A stretch of DNA of 64,000 bases from an uncultured Pseudomonadota bacterium (GCA_963843375.1 CAWJKT010000006.1:96001-160000), one strand, 5' to 3'. Numbered from the stretch's first letter, positions 1-9,930 are shown. A program made the numbers and translations. The notes: generated by a model not told the origin, from the sequence alone.

Positions 1-542
1 TGGGTCACGCGGGAACGAAAATAATCCAAACCCCAAGGCTTCACCCAGGTGTAGTACTTCTCGAAGGCTAGTATTCTTTCTTTCATCAGGTCGGGCGCAA
101 AAAGTTCGGTCAGTGAGGAAGCCACCGCTATGGGCCAAGGTTTGGTGCGGGCAAAGTGAACATACGAGTCCACTGCCGCCTTGGCCTTGGGAAGAAGCCT
201 CTGCCCTGATAATAGCTCATCCCGAGTAAGTCCTGTGGCTTCCCCCAGCCGGAGCCAGTTCTCAATTCCGCCTTCACCCTCTTTCAAGCCGTCATGATCG
301 CTAATCCGGTGAAGCCAAATACGGCGGACTTCCCGAATGGGACAGTTGGAAATAATGGCAGCGTCCTTTATGGGAATATTTCGCTGGTAATAAAAGCGGT
401 TGGCCACCCAGCCCCGTACCTGGTCGGGGTTGAGCTTCCCATCATTCATGTGACGATGGAATGGATGTTTGTCGTGATAACTGGACATCCCGATGGCTCG
501 CAGCCGTTCGAGAAAGGAAGGCCTGTCTAAAAGGTTCTCCAT
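1..542 (-). CDS. pqqC: Pyrroloquinoline-quinone synthase PqqC (5' part; runs off the window start)
   Basis: Manual translation from ATG at 542: MENLLDRPSFLERLRAIGMSSYHDKHPFHRHMNDGKLNPDQVRGWVANRFYYQRNIPIKDAAIISNCP..RRIWLHRISDHDG. The YH..HPFH, WV.NR.YYQ..IP.KDAA and DHDG motifs are typical of PqqC. Lies downstream of pqqB. Not in the ORF track. Confidence 0.95.
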   Translation of the reverse strand, partial: MENLLDRPSFLERLRAIGMSSYHDKHPFHRHMNDGKLNPDQVRGWVANRFYYQRNIPIKDAAIISNCPIREVRRIWLHRISDHDGLKEGEGGIENWLRLGEATGLTRDELLSGQRLLPKAKAAVDSYVHFARTKPWPIAVASSLTELFAPDLMKERILAFEKYYTWVKPWGLDYFRSRVT

Positions 543-584
543 CAAAACTCCTCAAATTTTACTGAAATATTTTTTCAGCGCCTT

Positions 585-1499
585 TTAAATCTCAAATTCC
601 ATTCCGTCCAAGCCAACCTCCACGCCTGCCTGGATTACTTCCTGGTGCTGGGGTGTCGACTCTTTTAAAATGGGGTTTGTATTGTTGATGTGCATATAGA
701 TTTTACGCCGGATGGGAAATTTTCGAAGGATTTCCAAGCTGCCTTGGGACCCACCTAAGGGCAAGTGGGCCATTTGTGAGGCCGTCAACTTACCTGTGCC
801 GGTCTTAGTCATTTCCTCCTCGTCCCAAAAGGTGCCGTCCAAAAGAAGGGCATCGCAATCCTTAAGTTTTTCCTGGACCATTGGGGAAAGACCGGCGGTA
901 TCGGGCAGGAAAACCAGGCGCCCTTGAGTGGCGGGATCCACTAACCGATAGCCCACGGCGCTTCCCTTCAAAGCGGTTGAACCCGCATATCGTGGAAGTT
1001 TGCCCGGGACTTCAAACGCCTCATAAAGAAGTCCGCTTTCCGAACCATCGCTTTTTAAGAGGGGTTTAAGGCTGGAAGGGGGCACATGCCAGGACACCCC
1101 GCCATAAGCTTTCAGGACTTCAGAGATTCTCAAACCCTCATCCAGGGCCTTTCGGACCGCGACGGGAGCGTGGAGGGGAAGAACGCCTCCCTCCCGAAGG
1201 ATGAAGATGCCAAGCACGTGGTCCAAGTCCGCATTGGTGATGAGAACCCCCTCGATGGAGGTCCCGCGAATACGTTCCGGTTGCGGCAACAAGGGGGGGA
1301 AAGACTCGATCTGATGGCGAATATCGGGCGAGGCATTCAGCAAAAACCAGGATTTCCCATCAGCACTGACCGTGGCCGAGGATTGGCTTCGCGCCATTAC
1401 ACCCGGACGGCCCTGCCGGGCTTCCAGGCAGAGGATGCAATTACAGTTCCACTGGGGGAAACCGCCGCCAGCGGCGGTTCCGAGCAATCGAATTCGCAA
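585..1499 (-). CDS. pqqB: PQQ biosynthesis protein PqqB (metallo-beta-lactamase fold)
   Basis: GTAAGGGFPQWNCNC..C, RSQSS, NASPD, DGTFW and HINNTNP motifs; TTG start; located between pqqA and pqqC. Confidence 0.96.
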   Translation of the reverse strand: MRIRLLGTAAGGGFPQWNCNCILCLEARQGRPGVMARSQSSATVSADGKSWFLLNASPDIRHQIESFPPLLPQPERIRGTSIEGVLITNADLDHVLGIFILREGGVLPLHAPVAVRKALDEGLRISEVLKAYGGVSWHVPPSSLKPLLKSDGSESGLLYEAFEVPGKLPRYAGSTALKGSAVGYRLVDPATQGRLVFLPDTAGLSPMVQEKLKDCDALLLDGTFWDEEEMTKTGTGKLTASQMAHLPLGGSQGSLEILRKFPIRRKIYMHINNTNPILKESTPQHQEVIQAGVEVGLDGMEFEI

Positions 1500-1522
1500 A
1501 ACCGGTTTATGGCCGGATTTAT

Positions 1523-1615
1523 TTAAATAACGCTGTCGTCAATACCCGAATAAGCGGTGCATTCCGAATTCACGCTCACTTCTTCGATGATTGGCTTTAT
1601 CCAAAGATTTTCCAT
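1523..1615 (-). CDS. pqqA: PQQ precursor peptide PqqA (30 aa, MENLWIKPIIEEVSVNSECTAYSGIDDSVI)
   Basis: GGAGG RBS upstream of the ATG, W-x-K-P start and E-x3-Y core (ECTAY); immediately upstream of pqqB; below the ORF-track length cutoff. Confidence 0.9.
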   Translation of the reverse strand: MENLWIKPIIEEVSVNSECTAYSGIDDSVI

Positions 1616-1690
1616 CAGCTACCTCCAGTTTTTATTGCAAAACCCAAAAGGATTTTGCCACAGCCTACCTCCCAAAACAAGCCAAGCGGC

Positions 1691-4603
1691 CTATCCCAGG
1701 ATCAAAAGCTTCAAAACCCATCGTTTTCCGTTCGCCGTGACCACCACGTAATAAAGGCCGTTGGCAAGCGGTTTCCCTTCACGGTCCACCAACGAAACCG
1801 GTAACCTCGCGGTTCCGGCGGGTACATCAGGAATGGTTTCATCCTGCACTTCGCGGAAAGCCACCGTGAAAATCTGGATGCGCACGTTGCCGGATGAGGA
1901 AAGATTCAACAAGAGGGTAACCGGCGCCCCAATGGGAACCGGATTAGGATAAAAAATCGGCGTGGAGGTTGCGCCAGGGGTCATGGTGGGTGGAATCGTT
2001 GGACTCGAAGTATAAACAGGGGTTGAGGAAAGGGTTGAAGTGGGATTGGGGGTGAATGAGTAGGTCGGTGAAATGGTAGCAGAGTTTGTAGGTGTGAGAG
2101 TGGCCGTCAAGATGGAGGTGGGTGGGGCGGTAGCGGTTAAGGTGGAAGTTAGAGTCGAGGTAATGGAAGCAGTAGGAGTTTGGGACGCGGTCCTGGTTGC
2201 GGTAAGAGAGGCCGTAGAAGTTATCGAATTGCTTGGTGTTGGAGTAGAGGTTTTAGTGCTGGAGGAAGTCGCGCTGGAACTGGGGGACGCGGTCTGGGTG
2301 AAGGTGGGACTATTCGTGAGGGTAATGGTCGAGGTTTGAGTAAATGTTAAGGAAGAGGTAGGCGTGCCACTCGCTGTGGAGGTTGTGGAAAAGGTGGGAG
2401 TTAACGTTCCTGTTTTAGTAACCGAAGGAGTCGTGGTCAAGGAGGGGGTAGAGCTGAAGGTTGGGGTAATGGAGGCCGTATCGGTGCTGGTTGGGGTAAA
2501 GGTCATAGTCGAGGTAGGCACGGGGGTCAGGGTTCCAGTGAAAGAAGGAGTCGAGCTTTGGGTCAAAGTGGCGGTCATGGTGATGGTAGCGGTTGGAGTT
2601 TGGGTGGCCGAGGACGTGGAAGTGGATGTCAGGCTCGAAGTGGGTGTCGAGGAGGTCGTCTTAGAAGCCGTGGGAGTTGGAGTCAAGGAGGGTGAACCCG
2701 TTGCGGTCAAAGTGGCTGTTTGCGTTTGGCTATTGGTTGAAGTGGCAACGGGGGTATTGGAAGCCGTTAAAGTCGGGGTAGAGCTAGTCGTCATACTGGA
2801 AGTCGCAGTTGGCGTCTTGGAAGCCGTGGAAGTAGGGGTTGAGGTTGTTGTGGAAGTGGCGGTTGAGGTCGCCGTTAGGGTGTGCGTGGAAGTGGTGGTT
2901 GACGTTGCAGTTAGGGTGGGCGTGGAGGTGGGCGTTGAAGTAGGAGTTGCCGTCGCAACCGGACTGCCGGTGGAAGTGGGGGTGGGGGTTGTCAAAAGCC
3001 CATAAACCACCAGGCTGGAGGAAGTCGGTACGTAAACCTTGCCATTCACCACGCTGGGGGGCGCAAATTTGACACTGGCGGCCACGGCCGAATCTCGAGC
3101 GTCGTTTTGTTCGCTGTAATAAAGAGGAGTGGCCAAGTTAGTTGCGTTATAGGCAATAAGGGTGACCGGTGTTCCAGGGGCTAGAGCCCAGACGATACCG
3201 TTAGTGGTTCCATTAGAAGAAACGCTCGGGACACAACCTCCAGAATAAGTCCCGCCGAAAATGGCCGTAGTCGATGAGGAAGGAGTCGTCACATATTGAC
3301 CGTTGGCGAAGACAAAGGCTTTCAAGGCCACGCCCGACATACCCCAGTAAACAAAGTTGGTCACTCCGTTGCTGTAAATCGCCGCGGTTGTATAACCCTT
3401 TCCCCCGATGGCTGCCACGGTTTGGGGGACATTATTGGTTGTAGCGCTGAACTTACCCATACTGCCCGTGTCGGCGTCAACCACATAAAGATCGGCCGGT
3501 TTGTCCGCTCCAATGATGAGGCTGGGATGGGCCGTGGTTCCCCAAGATGAAGGCAAAAGTACTTGCCCCGCCGAACCGATGTCATTGTCCGCGCCGCTAA
3601 GGGTTGATTCGTTATAAGGGGAGAAATAATCCAATACGGTCACCGCATTGCCGGCAGTGTTCAATTTCAGGAAGCATTGTCCGTAATCCGAGACCGGTGC
3701 CGTTTGGTCGAATATACCGTTCGCGGATAGGTAGTAAAGGTTCCCCGCCGAGTCCACCGATGGGCCGTCCCCCGATTCCCAAAAGGAGGATTCGCTTCCA
3801 TTGGGGGATGCATTGAAAACGGAAACCTGCTGGGTGATGTTGGAAGCGCTATAGCCGATGACCCAGCCGTGATAATTTCCGGCAATCCCGTCGTTGTCGC
3901 AATGTCCGGTCCAACTGGTGTAAACCACCCCATTGACCAGTGCCAAGGCGCACCTTTCCTTGTAAGCCTGAGGAACAAAAGTGACCGCCGAAGCGCCGGC
4001 GCCATTCGTGCCTGGGAATGTCGCCCCGATGGTTTGGGGGCCGCTAAACTTTTCATCCCCGGTCGTGATGTCCAGCGCATGCAGGGTTTGAGTGTAAGTG
4101 GTAACTCCGGCCGAAATTTGCATGGTCATCGCCACGAAGTAGATGGTATTGGTGGTCGGGTCAATGACCGGCGTATCCGTGATGCCGATCACGGGGGAGA
4201 TTTGGGTGCAGTTACCGACATCGGCGATGGGAACGGTGGTAATCCCTGTGGCGGCATTCAGGAAACTGTCCTGCCAATAGGTCACTCCCGCCGTATCGGC
4301 ATCAAAGGCATAGGCGCTGTCATTTTCCGTAACTATGTAAATCACATTGTGGGTTCCACCGCCAATGCTGACCTTGGGCATGTAGAGCGGTTGGGCGTAG
4401 ACTTGGCCGTCCACGGCATCTGAAAAAAGTTTTCCAAAATTGGTACTGTTGACGTTGGTCGTGGTAAGAATGGTTTCGTCCTGGTTCCATCCGTCCCGGG
4501 CTTGGTCATTGTGGTAGGTCGTCAAGGAAGTTTGGGCGAAAACCGCGGAACCTGAAAGAAGGATAAGGCCAAAAGTAATTAACCGCACAGCGACCTTCCA
4601 CAT
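1691..4603 (-). CDS. Secreted PQQ-like beta-propeller protein with a long Thr/Ser/Pro linker and a C-terminal T9SS-type-A/FlgD-Ig-like domain
   Basis: Signal peptide (RLITFGLILLSGSAVFA-Q), start at ATG 4603 or GTG 4588. TYHNDQARDGWNQDETILT..NVN..FGKLF..VDGQVYAQPLY and KFAPPSVVNGKVYV are typical of this propeller family. The linker is about 345 aa. The C-terminus reads YPNPV...IFT...D..GKPLANGLYYVVV...KLLIL. Confidence 0.8.
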   Translation of the reverse strand: MWKVAVRLITFGLILLSGSAVFAQTSLTTYHNDQARDGWNQDETILTTTNVNSTNFGKLFSDAVDGQVYAQPLYMPKVSIGGGTHNVIYIVTENDSAYAFDADTAGVTYWQDSFLNAATGITTVPIADVGNCTQISPVIGITDTPVIDPTTNTIYFVAMTMQISAGVTTYTQTLHALDITTGDEKFSGPQTIGATFPGTNGAGASAVTFVPQAYKERCALALVNGVVYTSWTGHCDNDGIAGNYHGWVIGYSASNITQQVSVFNASPNGSESSFWESGDGPSVDSAGNLYYLSANGIFDQTAPVSDYGQCFLKLNTAGNAVTVLDYFSPYNESTLSGADNDIGSAGQVLLPSSWGTTAHPSLIIGADKPADLYVVDADTGSMGKFSATTNNVPQTVAAIGGKGYTTAAIYSNGVTNFVYWGMSGVALKAFVFANGQYVTTPSSSTTAIFGGTYSGGCVPSVSSNGTTNGIVWALAPGTPVTLIAYNATNLATPLYYSEQNDARDSAVAASVKFAPPSVVNGKVYVPTSSSLVVYGLLTTPTPTSTGSPVATATPTSTPTSTPTLTATSTTTSTHTLTATSTATSTTTSTPTSTASKTPTATSSMTTSSTPTLTASNTPVATSTNSQTQTATLTATGSPSLTPTPTASKTTSSTPTSSLTSTSTSSATQTPTATITMTATLTQSSTPSFTGTLTPVPTSTMTFTPTSTDTASITPTFSSTPSLTTTPSVTKTGTLTPTFSTTSTASGTPTSSLTFTQTSTITLTNSPTFTQTASPSSSATSSSTKTSTPTPSNSITSTASLTATRTASQTPTASITSTLTSTLTATAPPTSILTATLTPTNSATISPTYSFTPNPTSTLSSTPVYTSSPTIPPTMTPGATSTPIFYPNPVPIGAPVTLLLNLSSSGNVRIQIFTVAFREVQDETIPDVPAGTARLPVSLVDREGKPLANGLYYVVVTANGKRWVLKLLILG
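1958..2995 (-). repeat. Low-complexity Thr/Ser/Pro-rich coding linker (degenerate TPT.T.T repeats)
   Basis: The translation is almost entirely T, S, P and A, which produces the Val-rich antisense shadow ORFs. Confidence 0.9.
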
Positions 4604-4869
4604 TTTTAAGGTAGGTTCGGTTAAAAGAAAAGGTCGCAAAGATGCCCCTATGGTAATCCGGTGCTTCAACACCGAAAAAGCTTCCAAAACCTTTGAATGG
4701 TCCCAAAGGATTGGAATGACGGTTAAAAAATACCACCTTTTGGCGATTTTTGTGGTCTGAAAGCCTTTTTTTTAGGAAACCGACTACACCGTTTACTTTA
4801 ACGTTCCAGATTAGTTGGTTTTGAAACCGCAAAAAACTTTTTTTAAGCCTCCAGACTGATCTATATTCC

Positions 4870-7329
4870 ATGTTCATGAAGACAAACGCCGCCCTGCCCA
4901 TTGACCCCCTCATCCCCGATATCATGGCGGCGCTGGAAAAACACAATGCCGCCGTCGTGACCGCCGAGCCAGGCGCGGGCAAAACCACACGGATTCCCCC
5001 TTTCCTTCTTTCAGCCGCCTTCGCTAAAAATAAAGAAATCTGGGTTCTTCAACCCCGGCGCTTGGCCGCCAAATATGCGGCCCTTCGAGTTGCTGAGGAG
5101 TTGGGCGAGGAACCGGGCCGAAGCGTGGGTTACCAGTTTCGTTTTGAGAAAAAATTAGGTCCGCAAACCCGTCTGCGGTTCATGACGGACGGAATGCTTC
5201 TTCCCCTGTCCCAATCCGATCCCACCCTGACCAATGTGGCGGCGGTGATCTTGGATGAATTCCACGAACGAAGCCTGGCCTTGGAACTGGGACTGGCTTG
5301 GCTCCGGCGTCTTCAATTGAGCTCTCGGCCCGACCTTCGACTCTTGGTCATGAGCGCCACACTGGACGCCGTACCCCTTTCGTCCTACCTTTCGAATTGC
5401 CCCGTGTTTAAAAGTTCAGGCCGGGTTTTTCCGGTCGCCGTCGAATACCACCCTTTTCCCCAACAGCCCGATTTGAGTCTCAAAGTCAAATCCGCGCTGC
5501 GTCAGGTAGAGGCCAAGGGCCTCCAAGGAACCACCCTGGTTTTCCTGCCGGGCTTAGCTGAAATCAAACGTTGCCAATCGGCCCTTGAAAAAGAATCGAT
5601 GGAAGTGCACGCCCTCTACGGGGATCTTTCCATTCAAGAACAACAGGCCGTGCTCAACCCCTCTGGGGGAAACAAGGTCATCTTGAGCACCAATCTGGCG
5701 GAAACCTCCCTGACTGTTCCGGGCGTAACAACGGTCATTGATTCTGGACTGACCCGCCAATCACGAGTCTCCGCCTGGTCGGGCCTGCAAAGTCTTGTCA
5801 CGGTCCCCGCCAGCCAGTCCTCGGCGACCCAGCGAACCGGACGCGCCGGGCGTCTGAAGGAAGGCTTCTGCCTGCGCCTCTTCACGAAGTACGATTTCGA
5901 CCACCGGGCTGCTTTTGATTTACCCGAACTTTTGCGAAGTGATCTTTCCAAAAGCCTTTTGGATTTATTGTTCCTTGCCGTAAAGGACATGGATACCTTC
6001 CCCTGGTTCCTGAGGCCATCGCCCCTGGCCCTTGAGGCGGCCCACCATTTATTGGTCCGCCTTGGCGCCCAAACTCCCGAGGGAGATCTGACTGAAACGG
6101 GACGCCGTATGGCCCCCTTCCCTTTGCCGCCGCGTTTAAGCAAGTTTTTGTTAAAGGTGGAGGAACTGGCGTCCGGGAATTCTTCGGCTTTACGACAAGC
6201 CTGCCGTTTGGCGGCCTTGATCAGCGAGGAAAGACCCGGTTCCGAGGATATCCTGGAGGAACTTGGTAAATTTAACCCCGGTTTTGAAGCCAAAAAACTC
6301 GAGGAACAGTTGGCCGGACACCTTTATCTGGGTTCCACCGTGGCAAAAACAAAACTGGAAGGCTCCCAATTATTGGCCCAAGGGCTCTTGGCCGCCTTTC
6401 CCGACCGGGTGGCCCGGGTACGCCCTGCCGATTCCTCCCAAACCCGCAACCGATCCGGCAAAGTCCGGGAACTCCTGCTCTCCTCCGGTGGAATGGCTTT
6501 CGCCCAAGACGGCGCACTCACTCGCGAACATGAGTTTTTCGTCGTAGTGGAAGCGCAGGAAGCCGCCCAAGGATCCGTAGGTCAGGTCAAGGCCAGGTCA
6601 CTGTGTCCGATTGAGGTCGATTGGTTGTTGGACTTTTTCCCTGATGATCTGGTAGACGAACAAACTTGTGAATGGAACGGAAAAGCTAAACGATTGGAAG
6701 GTTTCAAGCGCTTTAAATACGGCCAATTGGTCCTGGACGAAAAACCGCTTTCCCCCAGGGACTTCGGTTTGGAAGCTCAGGACATTCTTTTCAAGGAAGC
6801 CCTGGCCGCCGGCCCTTCCGCCTATTGCGACCCCGAAGAATTGGCGGCCTTTCTCAATCGGATAAAATTTGTCGGGGGGCGTGCCAAAGGGTTCCATGAA
6901 TTTTCACAAAAGTTAATGGAAGAAACACTCCAAAAACTCTGCCTGGGTTGTCGCGGTTTTGAAGACTTAAAAACCTCCGGTTACGTCGCCGCCTTAAAAG
7001 CCAATCTTCCTTCAAAGGACCAAGTTTTGCTTGAAAAATTGGCGCCCAGTTCTGTTTCCTTGTCCTTGAATCGCCGGATGATTGTCCATTACGAGGAGGG
7101 GAAGGCACCCTGGGGCGAGTCGCGCATCCAGGATTTTTTTGGTTTAAAACATGGCCCCACCGTAGCCGGAGGCGAGGTGCCGGTGGTTTTACATCTTCTT
7201 TCCCCCGCTCGAAGACCGGTTCAAGTCACCAGCGACCTAGCGGGGTTCTGGAAGAATCATTATCCCCAAATCCGAAAAGAACTTAGCCGCAAATATCCCC
7301 GCCATAAGTGGCCCGAGAATCCGCTTTAG
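4870..7329 (+). CDS. hrpB: ATP-dependent RNA helicase HrpB
   Basis: AEPGAGKTT, DEFHER, MSAT, TNLAETSLT and QRTGRAGR motifs; HrpB C-terminus LLSPARRPVQVTSDLAGFW..YPRHKWPE. Confidence 0.95.
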   Translation: MFMKTNAALPIDPLIPDIMAALEKHNAAVVTAEPGAGKTTRIPPFLLSAAFAKNKEIWVLQPRRLAAKYAALRVAEELGEEPGRSVGYQFRFEKKLGPQTRLRFMTDGMLLPLSQSDPTLTNVAAVILDEFHERSLALELGLAWLRRLQLSSRPDLRLLVMSATLDAVPLSSYLSNCPVFKSSGRVFPVAVEYHPFPQQPDLSLKVKSALRQVEAKGLQGTTLVFLPGLAEIKRCQSALEKESMEVHALYGDLSIQEQQAVLNPSGGNKVILSTNLAETSLTVPGVTTVIDSGLTRQSRVSAWSGLQSLVTVPASQSSATQRTGRAGRLKEGFCLRLFTKYDFDHRAAFDLPELLRSDLSKSLLDLLFLAVKDMDTFPWFLRPSPLALEAAHHLLVRLGAQTPEGDLTETGRRMAPFPLPPRLSKFLLKVEELASGNSSALRQACRLAALISEERPGSEDILEELGKFNPGFEAKKLEEQLAGHLYLGSTVAKTKLEGSQLLAQGLLAAFPDRVARVRPADSSQTRNRSGKVRELLLSSGGMAFAQDGALTREHEFFVVVEAQEAAQGSVGQVKARSLCPIEVDWLLDFFPDDLVDEQTCEWNGKAKRLEGFKRFKYGQLVLDEKPLSPRDFGLEAQDILFKEALAAGPSAYCDPEELAAFLNRIKFVGGRAKGFHEFSQKLMEETLQKLCLGCRGFEDLKTSGYVAALKANLPSKDQVLLEKLAPSSVSLSLNRRMIVHYEEGKAPWGESRIQDFFGLKHGPTVAGGEVPVVLHLLSPARRPVQVTSDLAGFWKNHYPQIRKELSRKYPRHKWPENPL

Positions 7330-7348
7330 GGCTTAAAAAAAATTATTT

Positions 7349-8395
7349 TTAAGAAGCGTGAATGGAATTGCGATGGCTCATATCGCCCATAATGCTATAG
7401 GGGGTCACTTTATCCGTCTTACCCTTCAACTGAACTGGCATGCGGGATTCGATGTGAAATTGGTCGGAGACCATCATGGCCAATTCCTCATTGACCAGAA
7501 TTTCCCATTCGGGAGCGATACTGCACAACCGGGAGGCCAAGTTGACGGCGTCTCCAATAAGGGTGAATTCCATGCGGTTGCGGGAACCCAGATTGCCCAT
7601 GAGGGCTTCTCCCGCCACAATACCAATGCCCAACCCGATCGAAATGGATTTGGAGTTTAATTCGCTGCTAGCCTTTGCGGCTTGTCCGAACTTGGCTTGC
7701 ATATCGATCGCCGCGCGAATGACTTTTTGGGCGTCGGCTTTCTCGTTTTCCACCGACCGCCTGAAGTAGGCCAGTATGGCGTCACCGATGAACTTGTTGA
7801 TCTCACCCCCCTGAACCTCTATAGCTATGCCGAGGGAAGTGTAAATTTGGTTTAAAACCCGCATGGTTTCCTGGGGTGTCAGTTGCTCCGACATCTGGGT
7901 GAAACCCCTGATATCGGAAAAAAGGATGAACATTTTCTGCAATTGCCCGCCCAAGGCAACGTTGCTTCCTTTTGCCTGCCGGGAAGCCTCCGAGCCCAGG
8001 TATTTCTCCAAAGTATGGCGGCTTGAGATGATTTCCTTTTCCTTACTTAACACCGTCTCCATGGCCGCCTTAACAGCGGCATCAATACGAGGCTTGATTT
8101 TCAAAGGCGAGGCGTCGTCCCAATAGGCATAATCCTTTGGAAGCAGGTTCAATTTGGCCAAGGTCAATTGATAGTTGCACATCCATGTGACGGAAGTCTG
8201 CCATTGGAGCAAAAACCACCAAACGCCCAAAATCAGCGCGAAAGCCCAACCTGTGTAAAGGGCCAGATCCACGCGCTGGGTATAAATCCAGACCATCCAA
8301 CCCGATCCAGCGGATAAAACAATCATGGCGAAGAAAAAAACAAAATTAATGGAATCGGTCTCGGCCCGTTTTTTTACAGAAAAATGAGTCGCCAT
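7349..8395 (-). CDS. Membrane-anchored class III adenylate cyclase
   Basis: Two N-terminal TM segments; FSDIRGFT, KFIGDA and EFTLIGDAVNLASRL motifs (Lys and Thr specificity residues of adenylate cyclases). Confidence 0.88.
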   Translation of the reverse strand: MATHFSVKKRAETDSINFVFFFAMIVLSAGSGWMVWIYTQRVDLALYTGWAFALILGVWWFLLQWQTSVTWMCNYQLTLAKLNLLPKDYAYWDDASPLKIKPRIDAAVKAAMETVLSKEKEIISSRHTLEKYLGSEASRQAKGSNVALGGQLQKMFILFSDIRGFTQMSEQLTPQETMRVLNQIYTSLGIAIEVQGGEINKFIGDAILAYFRRSVENEKADAQKVIRAAIDMQAKFGQAAKASSELNSKSISIGLGIGIVAGEALMGNLGSRNRMEFTLIGDAVNLASRLCSIAPEWEILVNEELAMMVSDQFHIESRMPVQLKGKTDKVTPYSIMGDMSHRNSIHAS

Positions 8396-8441
8396 AACGC
8401 GCCTTTATCGTAATGAGTTGCTTTTTCAACAAGGTTAGGGA

Positions 8442-9590
8442 TTAACTGCCCCCGGAATGGTAGACACTTTTGACAGCCTGAAGCATTTTTTTATAGATTT
8501 CCGTCAAGGTGTCCGCCGTGCTGCGGGCTTGTTGAAAATTGGGATTGACCTCAATGGCCTTGTTCATCTCTTTCAACGAGCGATGGATGAGAAAATTGGA
8601 TTTCATGAGAGTCCCCATACCATAATGAAGACGCAGATCAACATATTGGGGATTGGTTTCCACCAGTTGTTCCAGCTGGCGGACATATTCCTCGGTTTCT
8701 TGAGCGCTGACTCCTCTATCCCCGTAGAGAAGTTTCAAGGTGTAAAAATAAACAACTTCCGAACCAGTCTTCGGGATATATTTGGGCCTGGCTTCCAAAT
8801 AGTTTTTGAAGGCGATGGGGTATTTCCCCGATTTCAGGTTTGCCGTACCGGTCAGTAACGAGCCGCTCATGATCTTGGAATTGCAATCCAAGGCCAACTG
8901 GGTTTCCCGCTGGGCTTCTTCAACGTATCCTTGGACCGCCGCCTCTACCAAGCTGCTATTTTCCCCGGCAATCACGGCGACCGCGCAGGTGGCCAGTTTT
9001 AAATGGGCATCGGCGTAATTGGGATTGATCTTGACCGCCTGCTCATACTGTTTTTTCGCTTTTTCAAACTGCCTTTGGTACAAATAAACGTTACCCAGGT
9101 AATAGTAAATATCCGCATAAACCGAACCCAGCTCCAGGATGTGACTGAAAACATGAATCGCATTATCATAGTCGCCTTTGAGGGTGAGGGTGATGCCATA
9201 ATGCTTGATGGCTTGGATATGCCCCGGATCCAAATCCACGGATTTCTGGAACTGCTGGAGAGCGTCGTCGTAAAATCCCCGGGTCAGTAGAATGACCCCC
9301 ATGGCGAAACACATATGGGAAGATGGCTTCTCCAGAATTTTCTGGGCCGTCGTGAAAATGAATTCCATTTCAGAGATAAGGACTTGATGGGTCTGGGAAA
9401 GGAGTTTTTCCGCATCACCCTGGGAACCCGAAACCAGTTCCTTGGTGATGGTTTTTTTCCTCTCAAAAACCAGCACACCGTCCCTTTGGACGGTTGAAAT
9501 GAGTTGCTTTTGCGACTCGTTGATGGAACTCTCAAAAGCGAGCTTTTTACGGTCCATTTCAACGAGGGTCCTCAAATTTTGAGACGCCAT
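8442..9590 (-). CDS. TPR-repeat protein
   Basis: Repeated TPR-like units (YADIYYYLGNVY..KAKKQYEQAVKINPNYADAH); 46 bp upstream of the cyclase on the same strand. Confidence 0.82.
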   Translation of the reverse strand: MASQNLRTLVEMDRKKLAFESSINESQKQLISTVQRDGVLVFERKKTITKELVSGSQGDAEKLLSQTHQVLISEMEFIFTTAQKILEKPSSHMCFAMGVILLTRGFYDDALQQFQKSVDLDPGHIQAIKHYGITLTLKGDYDNAIHVFSHILELGSVYADIYYYLGNVYLYQRQFEKAKKQYEQAVKINPNYADAHLKLATCAVAVIAGENSSLVEAAVQGYVEEAQRETQLALDCNSKIMSGSLLTGTANLKSGKYPIAFKNYLEARPKYIPKTGSEVVYFYTLKLLYGDRGVSAQETEEYVRQLEQLVETNPQYVDLRLHYGMGTLMKSNFLIHRSLKEMNKAIEVNPNFQQARSTADTLTEIYKKMLQAVKSVYHSGGS

Positions 9591-9930
9591 CTAAAAAGCC
9601 TTCCGGTTTCATATCTTCAAAACATAGAATCAACGAGTTGGGGTGCCTATAAGATGCATGAATAAGCCATAATAATCCAGGGTCTTTCAGGTTAAAGCAA
9701 CTTAATTTATCCCAAGGCTCCAAAAAAGGGATTTCGGGAAAGCTGGAGAAGAAGTAAAAAATGAGGAAGGTTTAACATTTACCGAACATGTTAAAAGGTT
9801 TATTTCCAAGCGATTAGATTTCATTTTCTGACTTTGGGGCATTTCCCATTCACAGAAATAAAGTATGTCTCAACCTGAGAACAAACCGTCCCTTTTTGAC
9901 GTCTAATTCTCATATTAAATTGGAGAACGG

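Noticed and set aside
2073..3005. Val/Gly/Glu-rich plus-strand ORFs (also 14817..15029)
   Set aside because: They are antisense shadows of the Thr/Pro/Ser linkers.
9771..9795. TTTAACAT-N9-ATGTTAAA inverted repeat in a divergent intergenic region
   Set aside because: AT-rich, single occurrence and no adjacent regulator, so it could be chance.
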